Below, in pieces: positions 8,852 through 18,105 of a stretch of 64,000 nucleotides of DNA. The position numbers were made by a program, and so were the translations under genes. The notes under the pieces are model-generated. The model made no database searches. It was given only the letters and a program-made list of their open reading frames with translations, and had not been told where the DNA came from. Source of the stretch: a virus; the IMG/VR virus record IMGVR_UViG_3300036770_005874, positions 5,073-69,072 of that record, one strand, 5' to 3'. How positions within the stretch are numbered: position 1 is the first letter of the stretch; each line of letters opens with the position of its first letter.

Positions 8852-9166
8852 ATGGCCAAGCAGAAAGCGCAACAGCAACCCCGTGAACTGACCGCCCTGG
8901 AGAAGCTGGGGCTACGGGTGAGCGCGATGATCAACTCGCCGAAGGCGCAGCTGGACAGGCAGGTGACGATTCACCGGATGGACACTGACCCGGACGAGGC
9001 CTGGCAGGCGGTGCTGGAGTTGCTGCTGGAGGAGGATGCGCTGGAGGTGACGTTGAACGACGACGGTTCGGTGACGCTGAGGTGGGCGCTGGCCGGGGAG
9101 GGTGACCAGGTGGTGGAGGAGGGGGAGCTGGTGGCGGTGGAGGGGGAGAATTCGATTGTGGAATGA
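8852..9166 (+). CDS. DUF1654-like protein
   Basis: LEKLGLRVSAMINSPKAQ...DDGSVTLRW; AAGGAGG RBS. Confidence 0.8.
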   Translation: MAKQKAQQQPRELTALEKLGLRVSAMINSPKAQLDRQVTIHRMDTDPDEAWQAVLELLLEEDALEVTLNDDGSVTLRWALAGEGDQVVEEGELVAVEGENSIVE

Positions 9167-9167
9167 C

Positions 9168-9192
9168 AAGGGCCCGCTATGCGGGCCCCTTT
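9168..9192. terminator. Bidirectional terminator
   Basis: GGGCCCGC-TAT-GCGGGCCC between convergent genes. Confidence 0.75.
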
Positions 9193-9197
9193 AAGAT

Positions 9198-9908
9198 TTA
9201 CTCGCTCGGAGGGAGGCCGCATTCGCCTCGCCACTCATTGATCATGTCGTACCGGACCATGGCCTCTTCGCCCATTTCAGTTCGGAATGCTGCGAGCTTT
9301 TCCTCGTAGCAGGTTTCGCCCGATTCGACCTGAACGACTTGATCTGAAACAAGCGGTTCATCCGCAGGTTCGGTGCTGGGGATCACTGGTGCAGGCTCAG
9401 CTACTGGCAGGGGCTTGGGCTTGCCTGGTCTATCCTCCGCAATCTCAAGCAGCTCTTCCTGGGCTTCCTCTCCTGCCTCTATAAGGTCGTCGATCTCCAT
9501 CCCGTCGAGGCGATCTCTCAGCTCGGCCTTAATTCTGCTGATCTGCCACATGCTCGAGAACATGCTGTCCGGCACCTTGCCGTTTGGCGTGAACATCGCT
9601 CGGATTTGATCCCCGTCCACGCTCTCATCTGCCTCGACGTGCGCAAGCATTGCAATGGATCCTAGAGCGAGGTTGATCTGCAGAATCTGGGTGGGGTAGG
9701 TGCGCGACATTTCATCAATGCTAACCGCCATAGCCTGCTCGCTTGAGCCATCCAGCTCGGGGTCGCTTTTGAAGATTGTGATAGGCCAGGTGATCCCAAC
9801 TCCTAGGTTGTAGAAGAAGCTCCTGTGCTGGTAAGGACCAAAGAAGTAGCCCCACGCTCCGAAAATCAGGGATATGACCAAGTACCCGCCAATCAGTTTG
9901 GCCTTCAT
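9198..9908 (-). CDS. Hypothetical membrane protein (immunity-region moron)
   Basis: N-terminal TM segments, acidic body, C-terminal Cys pair; GGAG RBS. Confidence 0.75.
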   Translation of the reverse strand: MKAKLIGGYLVISLIFGAWGYFFGPYQHRSFFYNLGVGITWPITIFKSDPELDGSSEQAMAVSIDEMSRTYPTQILQINLALGSIAMLAHVEADESVDGDQIRAMFTPNGKVPDSMFSSMWQISRIKAELRDRLDGMEIDDLIEAGEEAQEELLEIAEDRPGKPKPLPVAEPAPVIPSTEPADEPLVSDQVVQVESGETCYEEKLAAFRTEMGEEAMVRYDMINEWRGECGLPPSE

Positions 9909-10095
9909 GTAACTGCTCCATGCTTCTGATTATTTATGCTGTCCTGTAGGTCAGCTCTGCCAGTGTAATGGCTTTTTGCCTCCCGGTCCTGAGGGCGTGG
10001 TTTGACCTACCTTGGGAAGGGAATAGTTCTGGATCTCGCCTTTCGGGAGTCATTGCGGCAGGATCGCAGGACACCATGGATGACAGGAGAAGCAC

Positions 10096-10449
10096 ATGGA
10101 AATCAACCTGACTGCGATCGTGCGCAACCTTCGCTATTACGGACCGCCAGCTGCTCTGGCTGTTGGCGGCCTCATCGTCGGCTTTCTTGCTGCACCTGGT
10201 GAAGCGACAACAGGGTTTGCATCAATCCTTCTGCCCATCCAGAAAGCGGTCCATTTCGCCTCCCTTGCTGCGACCTTGGCCGGCTTGATCTGGTTCGCGC
10301 ATTGCGTCTGGATCGAGTGGCGGCTGGAGCGGGGCGAGTATGAGGGCGGATGCATCCAGTGCGGAGGCCCGATGCGTCACCTGGATGGGCGTTATGGGAC
10401 TTACAGCAAGTGCAAGATGTGCGGGGCGAAGCGGGAAGGGTGGCACTGA
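10096..10449 (+). CDS. 2-TM membrane protein with C-terminal C4 zinc ribbon
   Basis: Two hydrophobic helices then CIQCGGPM...GRYG...CKMC. Confidence 0.75.
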   Translation: MEINLTAIVRNLRYYGPPAALAVGGLIVGFLAAPGEATTGFASILLPIQKAVHFASLAATLAGLIWFAHCVWIEWRLERGEYEGGCIQCGGPMRHLDGRYGTYSKCKMCGAKREGWH

Positions 10450-10459
10450 GATTCAAATC

Positions 10460-10485
10460 AAAAGCCCCGCTACTGCGGGGCTTTT
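10460..10485. terminator. Bidirectional terminator
   Basis: AAAAGCCCCGC-TACT-GCGGGGCTTTT. Confidence 0.8.
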
Positions 10486-10546
10486 GGATTGCTAGATCTT
10501 CGTCGATAAGGTGTGAGACGGCGCACGCTGTGGGTTCACCATCGCA

Positions 10547-11479
10547 TCAGCCAGCATCTGCCAGCTTTCGCTCGCCTTTTTCATGCTCTCCGCCAGCTCC
10601 TTCGGCAGCTGGTAGCTCTGGATCGGCTGCTGGGATTGCTTCGGGGATTGGGTTTGCATGGGGCTGAACCTCGATCTCTTGAGAGTTCCAATTGTAAATA
10701 AACTCATCGCCCAACTGGGGCAGCAGAGTATACAGATTCTCCAACAGCGCGAGCTCACGTTCGTCAGGTGCTCGCACGTTGGAAAACAAAGACGTAGCTT
10801 CCTTCCTATCAATCACAAAGCTATGCGCTGGATAGCCCGTAATCAAGCTGAGTAGGGCATTGGCTTTTAGGTTCCTGCTATCTGCATCTAGGCGCTTTCC
10901 GTACTCGAATCCGACAGCGTTGGCTCGGAAAATTTCTCCCAGCCTTACTGGGTCAATCTGACCAAAAACTGGCTGGAAGACGCTTCCCGCGAGCTTCGCC
11001 GAAATATCCGCAGCCATTTTGGTGGATACGCCTGTACGAGCTCGTGTGCTGTACATGAATTCCTCAAACGCTGCGTAGGTCTGCTTCCTAAGGAGCTCAA
11101 GACCTTGCTGAATATCCATTCCCGAAGAGCGCTCCATTAACTCGTCCGGCTTGGTCATCTGGATATCGAGAGGACCCAACTCCCCTCGATCTGCAACGAT
11201 CAGCTCATGTGCACCAATGGCAATGAGCGTGCCAGCGGACTTGCAAATATCTGGAACGAGGAGCTTGAAATCACCGTAATGGTGCCTAAGGCAGCGTGCA
11301 ATTCGGTATCCCGCATGAGGGTCACCGCCGTGGGTAATGAGGATGAGGTAGGCCGAATTACTCAGCTTCCGATTCTGGCAAATATTTGTGATGTGCTCAT
11401 ATCCACGGCGAGAGATATCACCCAGATAGAGAATTATGTCTTCTTCGAAATTATTGAAGCGTTTTATCAGCTGTGGCAT
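10547..11479 (-). CDS. SDH-family ClpP-fold serine protease
   Basis: THGGDP, CKSAGTLIAIGA, ELGPLDIQ, YPAHSFVID; lower GC. Confidence 0.85.
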   Translation of the reverse strand: MPQLIKRFNNFEEDIILYLGDISRRGYEHITNICQNRKLSNSAYLILITHGGDPHAGYRIARCLRHHYGDFKLLVPDICKSAGTLIAIGAHELIVADRGELGPLDIQMTKPDELMERSSGMDIQQGLELLRKQTYAAFEEFMYSTRARTGVSTKMAADISAKLAGSVFQPVFGQIDPVRLGEIFRANAVGFEYGKRLDADSRNLKANALLSLITGYPAHSFVIDRKEATSLFSNVRAPDERELALLENLYTLLPQLGDEFIYNWNSQEIEVQPHANPIPEAIPAADPELPAAEGAGGEHEKGERKLADAG

Positions 11480-11548
11480 TTCCCCTCCCTGTGCCCTATC
11501 CGTCTTATATTTCGAGCAGGATCTACCGCTCTTTATAGCTGGTCCTGG

Positions 11549-12400
11549 TCAAACTTTCTGAGCATTCCAAACCAGCAGAACTCTGGCATGAATGGCGACC
11601 TCGTCGGTGTTGACGACGCGGTCCTTGTGTTTGGGGTTGTCGGATATCAGCTCCAGCTTACCGTCGCCGGCGCTCTGCAGGCGCTTGATGTAGAGCATGC
11701 CGTCCCAGGTGATGACGTAAACGCCGTCGCCGATGAAGTCGGTGACGCCGCGGTCGACGATGACCGGGTCTTTGTCCTGGATGGTGGGCGCCATGGACTG
11801 GCCCCAGCCGCTGATGATCGCCAGGTTGGCCGGGGATGTGTAGTCCAGGCCCAGCTTCTCCAGCTGCGGCGCGCTCACCACCACGTTGCGCATGAAGTCG
11901 GTGTAGTCGGCCGGCACCTGGCCGTGGCCCATGGAGCCGCGCACGTCGTACTGGGGAATGAGCAGCTCGCCGGGCTTCAGTCGGGAGCCGGAGAAGTCGG
12001 CGCTGATGACGTTGCTGCTCTGGACGGCCTCGGCAACTGTTTGCTCGACTGCTTGGGCAATCTGATCGCGGGCCGATTCGCTGAGGCCTTTGTGCTTGCT
12101 CAGCATTTCCAGCACTTTCTCGGCGGCACCACTGGCCGGCGGCGCCGGCTCGCCAATATCTGACGACAGGAAGGCTCGCATAACCTCGTTGTGCCGAGCC
12201 CCGGTCTCCAGCCATTCAGCTGGTACACCCAGCGCCATTGCGATCTGAACCACTTTCTTACTGGTCTGGTTTCGAGCGCTCTCGATGTGGGCAATGGTGA
12301 CCTGGCTGGAGCCGATTTTATCGGCCAGCTGGGATTGGCTTAGGCCACGGCGTTCGCGCGCGAACTGTAGGCGGCCTGCAAGGGTCGTGAGCTCTGTCAT
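11549..12400 (-). CDS. cI: CI-like repressor (HTH + S24 peptidase)
   Basis: RLQFARERRGLSQSQLA HTH; GSMGHG cleavage region, GQSMAPTI, IKRL. Confidence 0.92.
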   Translation of the reverse strand: MTELTTLAGRLQFARERRGLSQSQLADKIGSSQVTIAHIESARNQTSKKVVQIAMALGVPAEWLETGARHNEVMRAFLSSDIGEPAPPASGAAEKVLEMLSKHKGLSESARDQIAQAVEQTVAEAVQSSNVISADFSGSRLKPGELLIPQYDVRGSMGHGQVPADYTDFMRNVVVSAPQLEKLGLDYTSPANLAIISGWGQSMAPTIQDKDPVIVDRGVTDFIGDGVYVITWDGMLYIKRLQSAGDGKLELISDNPKHKDRVVNTDEVAIHARVLLVWNAQKV

Positions 12401-12412
12401 GGCCACAAGCCT

Positions 12413-12475
12413 AAAACGCACGTTATTGGTATTCAAATAACATGCGTTTGATCTTGCCATAACTTGGGTTATGAT
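12413..12475. promoter_or_regulatory. OR/pR: three operators related to OL
   Basis: AAAACGCACGTTAT (12413), ATAACATGCGTTTG (12437), ATAACTTGGGTTAT (12459); TATGAT -10 at 12470. Confidence 0.75.
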
Positions 12476-12503
12476 CTTGGCAGCTTTCACTGAGGCTGTC
12501 GCC

Positions 12504-12743
12504 ATGACCGAAAAAGAAACTCCGATCCAGAAGGCGGTACGAATCGCTGGCGGCCAAGCCGAGCTGGCACGTCGCTGCGAAACCAGCCAGCCCAGAATCT
12601 GGCAGTGCATCCACCGCAACCAGCGAATTCCTGCTGACTTGGTGCTTCCCATCGAGAAAGCCACGGCCGGCGAAGTGTCTCGCCATGAGCTGCGACCTGA
12701 CCTGTATCCGCTTGAGCAGCAAGCGGCCTGCACCGCGGGCTGA
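12504..12743 (+). CDS. cro: Cro/YdaS-like regulator
   Basis: GGQAELAR...IEKATAGEVSRHELRPDLY; divergent from cI. Confidence 0.88.
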   Translation: MTEKETPIQKAVRIAGGQAELARRCETSQPRIWQCIHRNQRIPADLVLPIEKATAGEVSRHELRPDLYPLEQQAACTAG

Positions 12744-12854
12744 GGCATCCCAGGCTGTTGGAGAAGAGGGTGAAGAGCTTGGGCAACGGCCATCAGGTAG
12801 GACTCCGAGAAGATTTGCATCAGCAGCTAAAGCTGCTGGCTGGGAGCATTCCAA

Positions 12855-13148
12855 ATGAATAAGCCAGAAAGGGCACGCAAGAACGAACAAGCCGTCTTGC
12901 AGCGGCTTTCGAGTGTGGGGCAGGCCACCGTTGCAGCGGCGATCAAGGTCGACGAGTCGACTATCAGCCGCATGAAGAGCGACGGGAAGGTCACTCAGTT
13001 CGCCGAGATCCTCGCGGAGCTGGGCCTGAAGGTGGTGCCGGAGACCATGCGCGTCTTCGATCCGAGGGATATCGACGCCCTGTTGCACCTGGCCAAACGC
13101 CAGATGGACAAGATCGTCTCCGCCGAAGAGCTTGGCCTTGACGACTGA
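12855..13148 (+). CDS. cII: CII-like transcriptional regulator
   Basis: GQATVAAAIKVDESTISRMK, LGLKVVP. Confidence 0.85.
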   Translation: MNKPERARKNEQAVLQRLSSVGQATVAAAIKVDESTISRMKSDGKVTQFAEILAELGLKVVPETMRVFDPRDIDALLHLAKRQMDKIVSAEELGLDD

Positions 13149-13177
13149 GCACCAAGTCCTGGGCTTGGGGGCCTGAC

Positions 13178-14167
13178 ATGCAATTCACGATCACCGTCAA
13201 CCAGGTGAAGTCGCTCGAATGGGGGCTGAATGCGCAGCAGGCGCTGCTGTTCGCGTTCGTCTACGAGTGCCCGAGCTGGGCGAAGCTCACCCGCACGGTC
13301 GATGGTGACTTCTACGCCCTGAGCAAGGCGAAGGTCATCGAGGAGCTGCCGCTGCTGACTGATAAGCCAGACACCGTATACCGCCTGCTCAAGAGCCTGG
13401 CAGATGCCGGCGTCATCGAGCTGTCGAGCACGAACAGCATCACGCTGGTGCGCCTGACGAAGAAGGGGCGGCAGTGGAACCGGAAGGGCGATGGGTCGGA
13501 AATTTATCCGACCCAGAACGCCGCTCAACAGGTCGGAAAAAAAACCGATCAGGAGCCGGGTGGGTCGGAAAAAAATCCGAGCCGGGTCGGAAAAAAATCC
13601 GGGCTGGGTCGGAAAAAAATCCGAGATGGGTCGGAAAAAAATCCGACAAATCAGGATACCAGTAATCAGGGTACCAATCAGGATACCAGTCAGATCTCTG
13701 CGCCGGAGGCTTCGCCACCAGCGCCCCTCGTTCTCGTTGGCGACGCCGAACAGCCTCGCTGCGAAATCCCCGATGACATGCCGGGACCTCGCGACCCGAA
13801 GTGCACGACGTACCGCACCTGGGCCAATTACGCGATTGCCTACCACAAGACCTACGGCACCTGGCCTGTGTGGAACAGGACGGTCGGTGCCCAGATCGCC
13901 AAGTTGGTTGAGCGCCTTGGCCAGCAGGATGCCCCGAAGGTGGCCGCGTTCTTCGTGCTGCGGGTCAAGTCGGTTGAGGCGAACAAGAAAACCCACGCTG
14001 TCGGCCTGCTGCTGCAGAACGCCGAGAGCTACCACACGCAGTGGAAGACCCTGAACCCCGTCACCAACATCGCCGCCCGCCAGGCCGAGAGCACTCAGCA
14101 GAACCTGAGTGAGATGGAGCTGGCGCTGGAGGAGCAACGTATGCGGAGGCAAGCCAATGCTCAGTGA
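13178..14167 (+). CDS. Phage replication initiator (O-like)
   Basis: Position after cII, N-terminal wHTH, internal iterons. Confidence 0.85.
   Translation: MQFTITVNQVKSLEWGLNAQQALLFAFVYECPSWAKLTRTVDGDFYALSKAKVIEELPLLTDKPDTVYRLLKSLADAGVIELSSTNSITLVRLTKKGRQWNRKGDGSEIYPTQNAAQQVGKKTDQEPGGSEKNPSRVGKKSGLGRKKIRDGSEKNPTNQDTSNQGTNQDTSQISAPEASPPAPLVLVGDAEQPRCEIPDDMPGPRDPKCTTYRTWANYAIAYHKTYGTWPVWNRTVGAQIAKLVERLGQQDAPKVAAFFVLRVKSVEANKKTHAVGLLLQNAESYHTQWKTLNPVTNIAARQAESTQQNLSEMELALEEQRMRRQANAQ
13493..13693 (+). repeat. Replication origin iterons
   Basis: Six GGTCGGAAA(A/T)n(T/A)CCG repeats then three ATCAGG(A/G)TACCA repeats inside the initiator gene. Confidence 0.85.
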
Positions 14168-14945
14168 GAGCCAGCAGGACCAGCTCCTGGTGTCTTTGTT
14201 CGCGACGGCTGAAGCCATGGGGCAGACGCTGACCAAAGCCGCCGCGCTGCTGATGGTCCAGGACCTGGCCGGCTACACCGAGCCGGCGCTGGTCGCGGCG
14301 CTGCAGGCGTGCCGGCAGCATGGTGGGCGCTTCTCCGTGGACGCTATCCTGAAGCGTGTCCTGGCCGCTGACGGCCGCCCCGAGGCGAATGAGGCCTGGG
14401 CTATCGCCTTGCGCTCCTTCGATGAAGCCGAGTCGGTGCTGATGACTCCAGAGATCCAGCAGGCTGCGGTGGCCGCTGCTCCGATCTTCCATGCCCGGGA
14501 CAAGGTCGGTGCGCGCATGGCTTTCCTGGCTGCCTACGAACGGCTTGTGACCGCGGCGCGCGCCGAAGCGCGGCCAGTCAGCTGGTCCTTGTCGCTCGGC
14601 CACGATCCGCAGGGACGGGAAACGGCTATCCGAGAGGGCGCACGCCTGGGGCAGCTCACTGGCCCGGTCGCCAATCTGCTGCTTGAGCAGCATGCGGTAG
14701 CGCCAGTAGCTGCAGATGGGCAAGCAATCGCCGGGCTCATCACGGGCAATGGTGTTCCGCCTTCGCCAGGTCTGCGCGCCAGGTGGCAGGAGGTCAAGAA
14801 GACCATCCAGGACAGCAAGCGGCGCAAGGAGGTCCAGCAGCGTTGGGATCACCGTAAGCGTCTACGCGCCGAACGTCAGCGCAAGGAGTTTCTCCTGAAG
14901 CAGGTGGAGCAGTTGCAGGCTGCCCAGGCTGGCCACCATGCATAA
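14157..14945 (+). CDS. Replication protein (P-position, putative helicase loader)
   Basis: Overlaps initiator end; DGRPEANEAW, ARMAFLAAYER motifs. Confidence 0.7.
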   Translation: MLSESQQDQLLVSLFATAEAMGQTLTKAAALLMVQDLAGYTEPALVAALQACRQHGGRFSVDAILKRVLAADGRPEANEAWAIALRSFDEAESVLMTPEIQQAAVAAAPIFHARDKVGARMAFLAAYERLVTAARAEARPVSWSLSLGHDPQGRETAIREGARLGQLTGPVANLLLEQHAVAPVAADGQAIAGLITGNGVPPSPGLRARWQEVKKTIQDSKRRKEVQQRWDHRKRLRAERQRKEFLLKQVEQLQAAQAGHHA

Positions 14946-15066
14946 GGCCTGCTGGATGGTCCTGCTGCCTGGCCGCCGGCCGTTCCCCTTGGTTGGGACG
15001 AAGTGCAGCGAGGGCGAGGCCTTGGCCTATGCCCGAGGCATTTGGCCCTGCGCGGAGGTGCTCTGA
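14938..15066 (+). CDS. Small hypothetical protein (42 aa)
   Basis: MHKACWMVLLPGRRPFP...; TGATG coupling to next gene; read manually. Confidence 0.5.
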   Translation: MHKACWMVLLPGRRPFPLVGTKCSEGEALAYARGIWPCAEVL

Positions 15067-15542
15067 TGGCTAAGACCGAGAAGGTAGCCGTTAACGGCGC
15101 CGCCCGGCTCTCCGAGGCGATCTCCAAGTTGACTGCCATGTTCAAGGCGAACAAGTACGTGGTGGTGAGCATGCGCCCAGGCAAGGATCGCACCCTGGAC
15201 CAGAACGCTCTGTGGTTCGCCCTGTACCAGCGAATAGCTGAGATGACGCAGATCGGTGACGTCGAGGATGCTCGGCGGTACTGCAAGCTGCATCTTGGAG
15301 TGCCGATCATGCGCCGCGACTGCGATGACTTCCGTCGTGGCTGGAACCAGGTGTTCCTCCACCTCGAGTACGAGCAGAAGCTGGAGCTGATGGGCGAGTG
15401 CTCGCTGTTCGGCCCGGATGGCTTCCCTGTGACCCGGCTGTTCAACCGCCAGCAGGGCATCGAGTACACCAATCGCATCGTCGACGAGTTCACCGCCAAG
15501 GGCGTCGCGTTCGCTGATCTGCTGAGCGAGGAGGCGGCATGA
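15066..15542 (+). CDS. NinB-like protein
   Basis: RTLDQNALW motif. Confidence 0.7.
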   Translation: MAKTEKVAVNGAARLSEAISKLTAMFKANKYVVVSMRPGKDRTLDQNALWFALYQRIAEMTQIGDVEDARRYCKLHLGVPIMRRDCDDFRRGWNQVFLHLEYEQKLELMGECSLFGPDGFPVTRLFNRQQGIEYTNRIVDEFTAKGVAFADLLSEEAA

Positions 15543-15856
15543 GTGGACTTCGGGTAGGAGGTTTGGCCCTGGTAATCGCTTGCCCACAGATGCCCGAGAA
15601 CGTCGGCTGCGTCGTTGAGTTGGTGCAGCACCTGATGCCAGATGAGCTGTACATCGCGCCCAGCAACGGTGAAGTCCGCTACTCGCAGGGTGAGGGATGG
15701 CTGGTAACTGGTCGAGTTACTGGCCTCGGTCGCCGCCAGGATGGAACGACCTTCCGCGAGTTCGGGCATGCACTCTTCAGTGCTCAAAGGCTAATACCGC
15801 TTGAGGGCGAACCTGCAGTCGAGCCCTATGTAGTCGGCGAGGAAGTGCCGGTATGA
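15539..15856 (+). CDS. Phage hypothetical protein
   Basis: ATGA overlaps on both sides. Confidence 0.7.
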   Translation: MSGLRVGGLALVIACPQMPENVGCVVELVQHLMPDELYIAPSNGEVRYSQGEGWLVTGRVTGLGRRQDGTTFREFGHALFSAQRLIPLEGEPAVEPYVVGEEVPV

Positions 15857-16485
15857 CCGCTATTCGAAAGCCGCTCAAGGCTATAAGCGGCCGGCAAAGG
15901 AAGTGCGCGGTTCGTGCCTGCAGGACGCCTTTCGTGCCGAGACGGCCATTCCAGACCTGGTGCAGCCCAGACTGCGCCATCGTGATCGCCCGCCAGAAGC
16001 AGAACCTCGAGCGCAAGGCTCTCGACAAGATCGAGCGAAAGGCCATCCGAGCGGCCAAGGAGCGGGTGAAGCCGCGCAGCGCGCACATGAAGGAGGCTCA
16101 GGATGCCTTCAACGCTTACATTCGCCAGCGTGACCTGGGCCAGCCGTGCATTTCGTGCGGTACCACAGCCAGAGTGCAGTATGCCGCCGGCCACTATCGG
16201 ACGGTGGGCGCCTGCCCCGAACTGCGTTTCGAGCCGCTGAACGTGCACCTGCAGTGCAACAAGAACTGCAACATGGAGAAGTCGGGAAACATCGTGGAGT
16301 ACCGCATTCGCCTTCTGCGGAAGATCGGCGCGGAGAAGGTGGCCTGGCTGGAAGGGCCGCACGAACCGAAGAAGTACTCGATCGAGGACCTGAAGGCGAT
16401 CAAGGCGCACTACCGCGCCTTGACCCGGCAGCTACGCCAAGGGAATGGGGGACGCATTTGCACTACAGAGGGGGGCTGTCCATGA
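15853..16485 (+). CDS. ninG: NinG/Rap HNH-type endonuclease
   Basis: CSPDCA, FNAYIRQRD, CISCG, AGHYR, LRFEPLNVHLQC. Confidence 0.92.
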   Translation: MTAIRKPLKAISGRQRKCAVRACRTPFVPRRPFQTWCSPDCAIVIARQKQNLERKALDKIERKAIRAAKERVKPRSAHMKEAQDAFNAYIRQRDLGQPCISCGTTARVQYAAGHYRTVGACPELRFEPLNVHLQCNKNCNMEKSGNIVEYRIRLLRKIGAEKVAWLEGPHEPKKYSIEDLKAIKAHYRALTRQLRQGNGGRICTTEGGCP

Positions 16486-16973
16486 GTGAGGGCGGGGAGA
16501 AGAAGTCGTCGACGCAGATCGTGCTGGACGCTGTGCGGGACCTGCACAACCTGGAACAGCTGGTGACCAGGGAGGCTCTGCAGGAGCTGACGAAGCTGAA
16601 GATGACCATCGTCGACGATCGGCTCAAGCACCTGGCTGATGAGGGGCTGATTCACCGGATGCAGCGCGGTGTGTTCGTGCCGGTCGACCAGCACCCCCAG
16701 GCGCGCCAGATCAGCCACACCGAGCTACCGGACGGCACCGTGGTGCTGGATGTGGGCGACGAGGTGTTGCACCTGACGCCGAAGGAAGCCAGGACCATGG
16801 CCAGCCTGCTCGCCGGCCGGGCCATCCAGGCCAGCCAGATCGAGCTGGGCAACCAGGCCGCGGTGATGAATGCCGAGCTGGCGCTTCGAGTTCGCCATCT
16901 GGAGCGGCAGGTGAGGGCGTTACTGGCGGAGCGGTGTGCGCCCGAATCTCTACAACTGGCTTTGATAGGCTGA
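16482..16973 (+). CDS. Winged-helix-like protein in Q position; candidate late activator
   Basis: VTREALQELT...VDDRLKHLADEGLIHRMQRGVF resembles wHTH; follows ninG. Confidence 0.7.
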   Translation: MSEGGEKKSSTQIVLDAVRDLHNLEQLVTREALQELTKLKMTIVDDRLKHLADEGLIHRMQRGVFVPVDQHPQARQISHTELPDGTVVLDVGDEVLHLTPKEARTMASLLAGRAIQASQIELGNQAAVMNAELALRVRHLERQVRALLAERCAPESLQLALIG

Positions 16974-17077
16974 GGTCGTCCCATGGCAACAGTAAAAATG
17001 TATTCGGATAGCTGAATGGACGGCTGAACAGTTTGGAGCGAATAATTTACAACATCGCCAGAGAGTAAGGAGTGGGT

Positions 17078-18034
17078 ATGTCAAAGGGGTGGATCGACGA
17101 TCTGATGCGGCTTATGTGCGTTCGTGGACTGATTCCCACTGAAAACATTGAGCGGGCTCAACGACTCAAGCAAAGCCACTTCCCGCAAGCACTATACAAG
17201 TTCAGGGAGGTTAATAACTATTCCTTGAGCAATCTCAGGGAGGCAACGTTACACTTAACGGTCGCAAGTAATTTCAATGACCCCTATGACTCCGCTGTTA
17301 ACTACGATCCACATTTTGGCTTGAGTCATGCCGAGTTGATATTGGATAGCATCGAGGGAGTTACTGCCGACATTAGAGCGAAAATTCTGATGGCTGAGGA
17401 CCCAGTGCTTGAGGTGGTTAGGTATCAAGCAGATCAAACCGATGCAGCTGGCCAAGTTAATAGCGAGGTTCTGGCAAAGATTGCCAAGGTTATAAGTGTT
17501 GGCCATGAATCATTCATCATGAAGGCAAAAGCTGAGATGAATAGGATGGTCCAGAACACCTACAAGATTTGCTCACTAACTGAGCGCTTGGACTCATTGC
17601 CTCTCTGGGCCCACTACGCCAAAAATCACTGCGGCTTTGCCATGGAGTACGATTTTAGAAGTCTACAGTTTGATGATCTGATGGGGCTTTCTCTCTGGCC
17701 AGTCAGGTACAGCGGAGTTTTTGATGCTTCAGAGATGCTAAAAGGAGTCATTTCAGGTCAGCCAATCAACAACATGTTTGCCCTCGTCGCAGCACTGCAC
17801 AAATCTCCCGATTGGGCATACGAGGAGGAGTGGCGACTGGTCATGGTCGATGGATCAGACCAGCCGCCTCGAAACTTTCGCGTACCGCTCAAGGCTGTCT
17901 ACCTCGGATCTCAGACCGGTGAAGAGCACACCAAGCAGGTCGTGCGGGCTGCAGCGGCTATTGGTGTGCCTGTCTACAGAATGCGCTTGGTTCCGCATGA
18001 GTTTCGGATGGAAGCGGTGCCACACCCCCTGTAA
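17078..18034 (+). CDS. DUF2971 family protein (moron, candidate defence)
   Basis: LYKFR, FNDPYD, LWAHYA.NH.GF..EY, KSPDWAYEEEWR; lower GC. Confidence 0.85.
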   Translation: MSKGWIDDLMRLMCVRGLIPTENIERAQRLKQSHFPQALYKFREVNNYSLSNLREATLHLTVASNFNDPYDSAVNYDPHFGLSHAELILDSIEGVTADIRAKILMAEDPVLEVVRYQADQTDAAGQVNSEVLAKIAKVISVGHESFIMKAKAEMNRMVQNTYKICSLTERLDSLPLWAHYAKNHCGFAMEYDFRSLQFDDLMGLSLWPVRYSGVFDASEMLKGVISGQPINNMFALVAALHKSPDWAYEEEWRLVMVDGSDQPPRNFRVPLKAVYLGSQTGEEHTKQVVRAAAAIGVPVYRMRLVPHEFRMEAVPHPL

Positions 18035-18066
18035 GGTTCGATGCGGGGCAGGAGAGCCGGGACAAT
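18024..18066 (+). promoter_or_regulatory. Late-promoter motif copy 1
   Basis: ACCCCCTGTAAGGTT-22bp-GACAAT. Confidence 0.75.
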
Positions 18067-18105
18067 CAAGGCTCCTCATTCCCTCCCTGAGTGCGAGGTT
18101 GCCCC

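Noticed and set aside
12401-12820. 423-aa extended cI from the ORF track
   Set aside because: The extension overlaps cro and the operators; the HTH starts at ATG 12400
13493-13693. Short regularly spaced repeats as a CRISPR array
   Set aside because: No unique spacers, no cas genes, in frame within the initiator gene; these fit iterons
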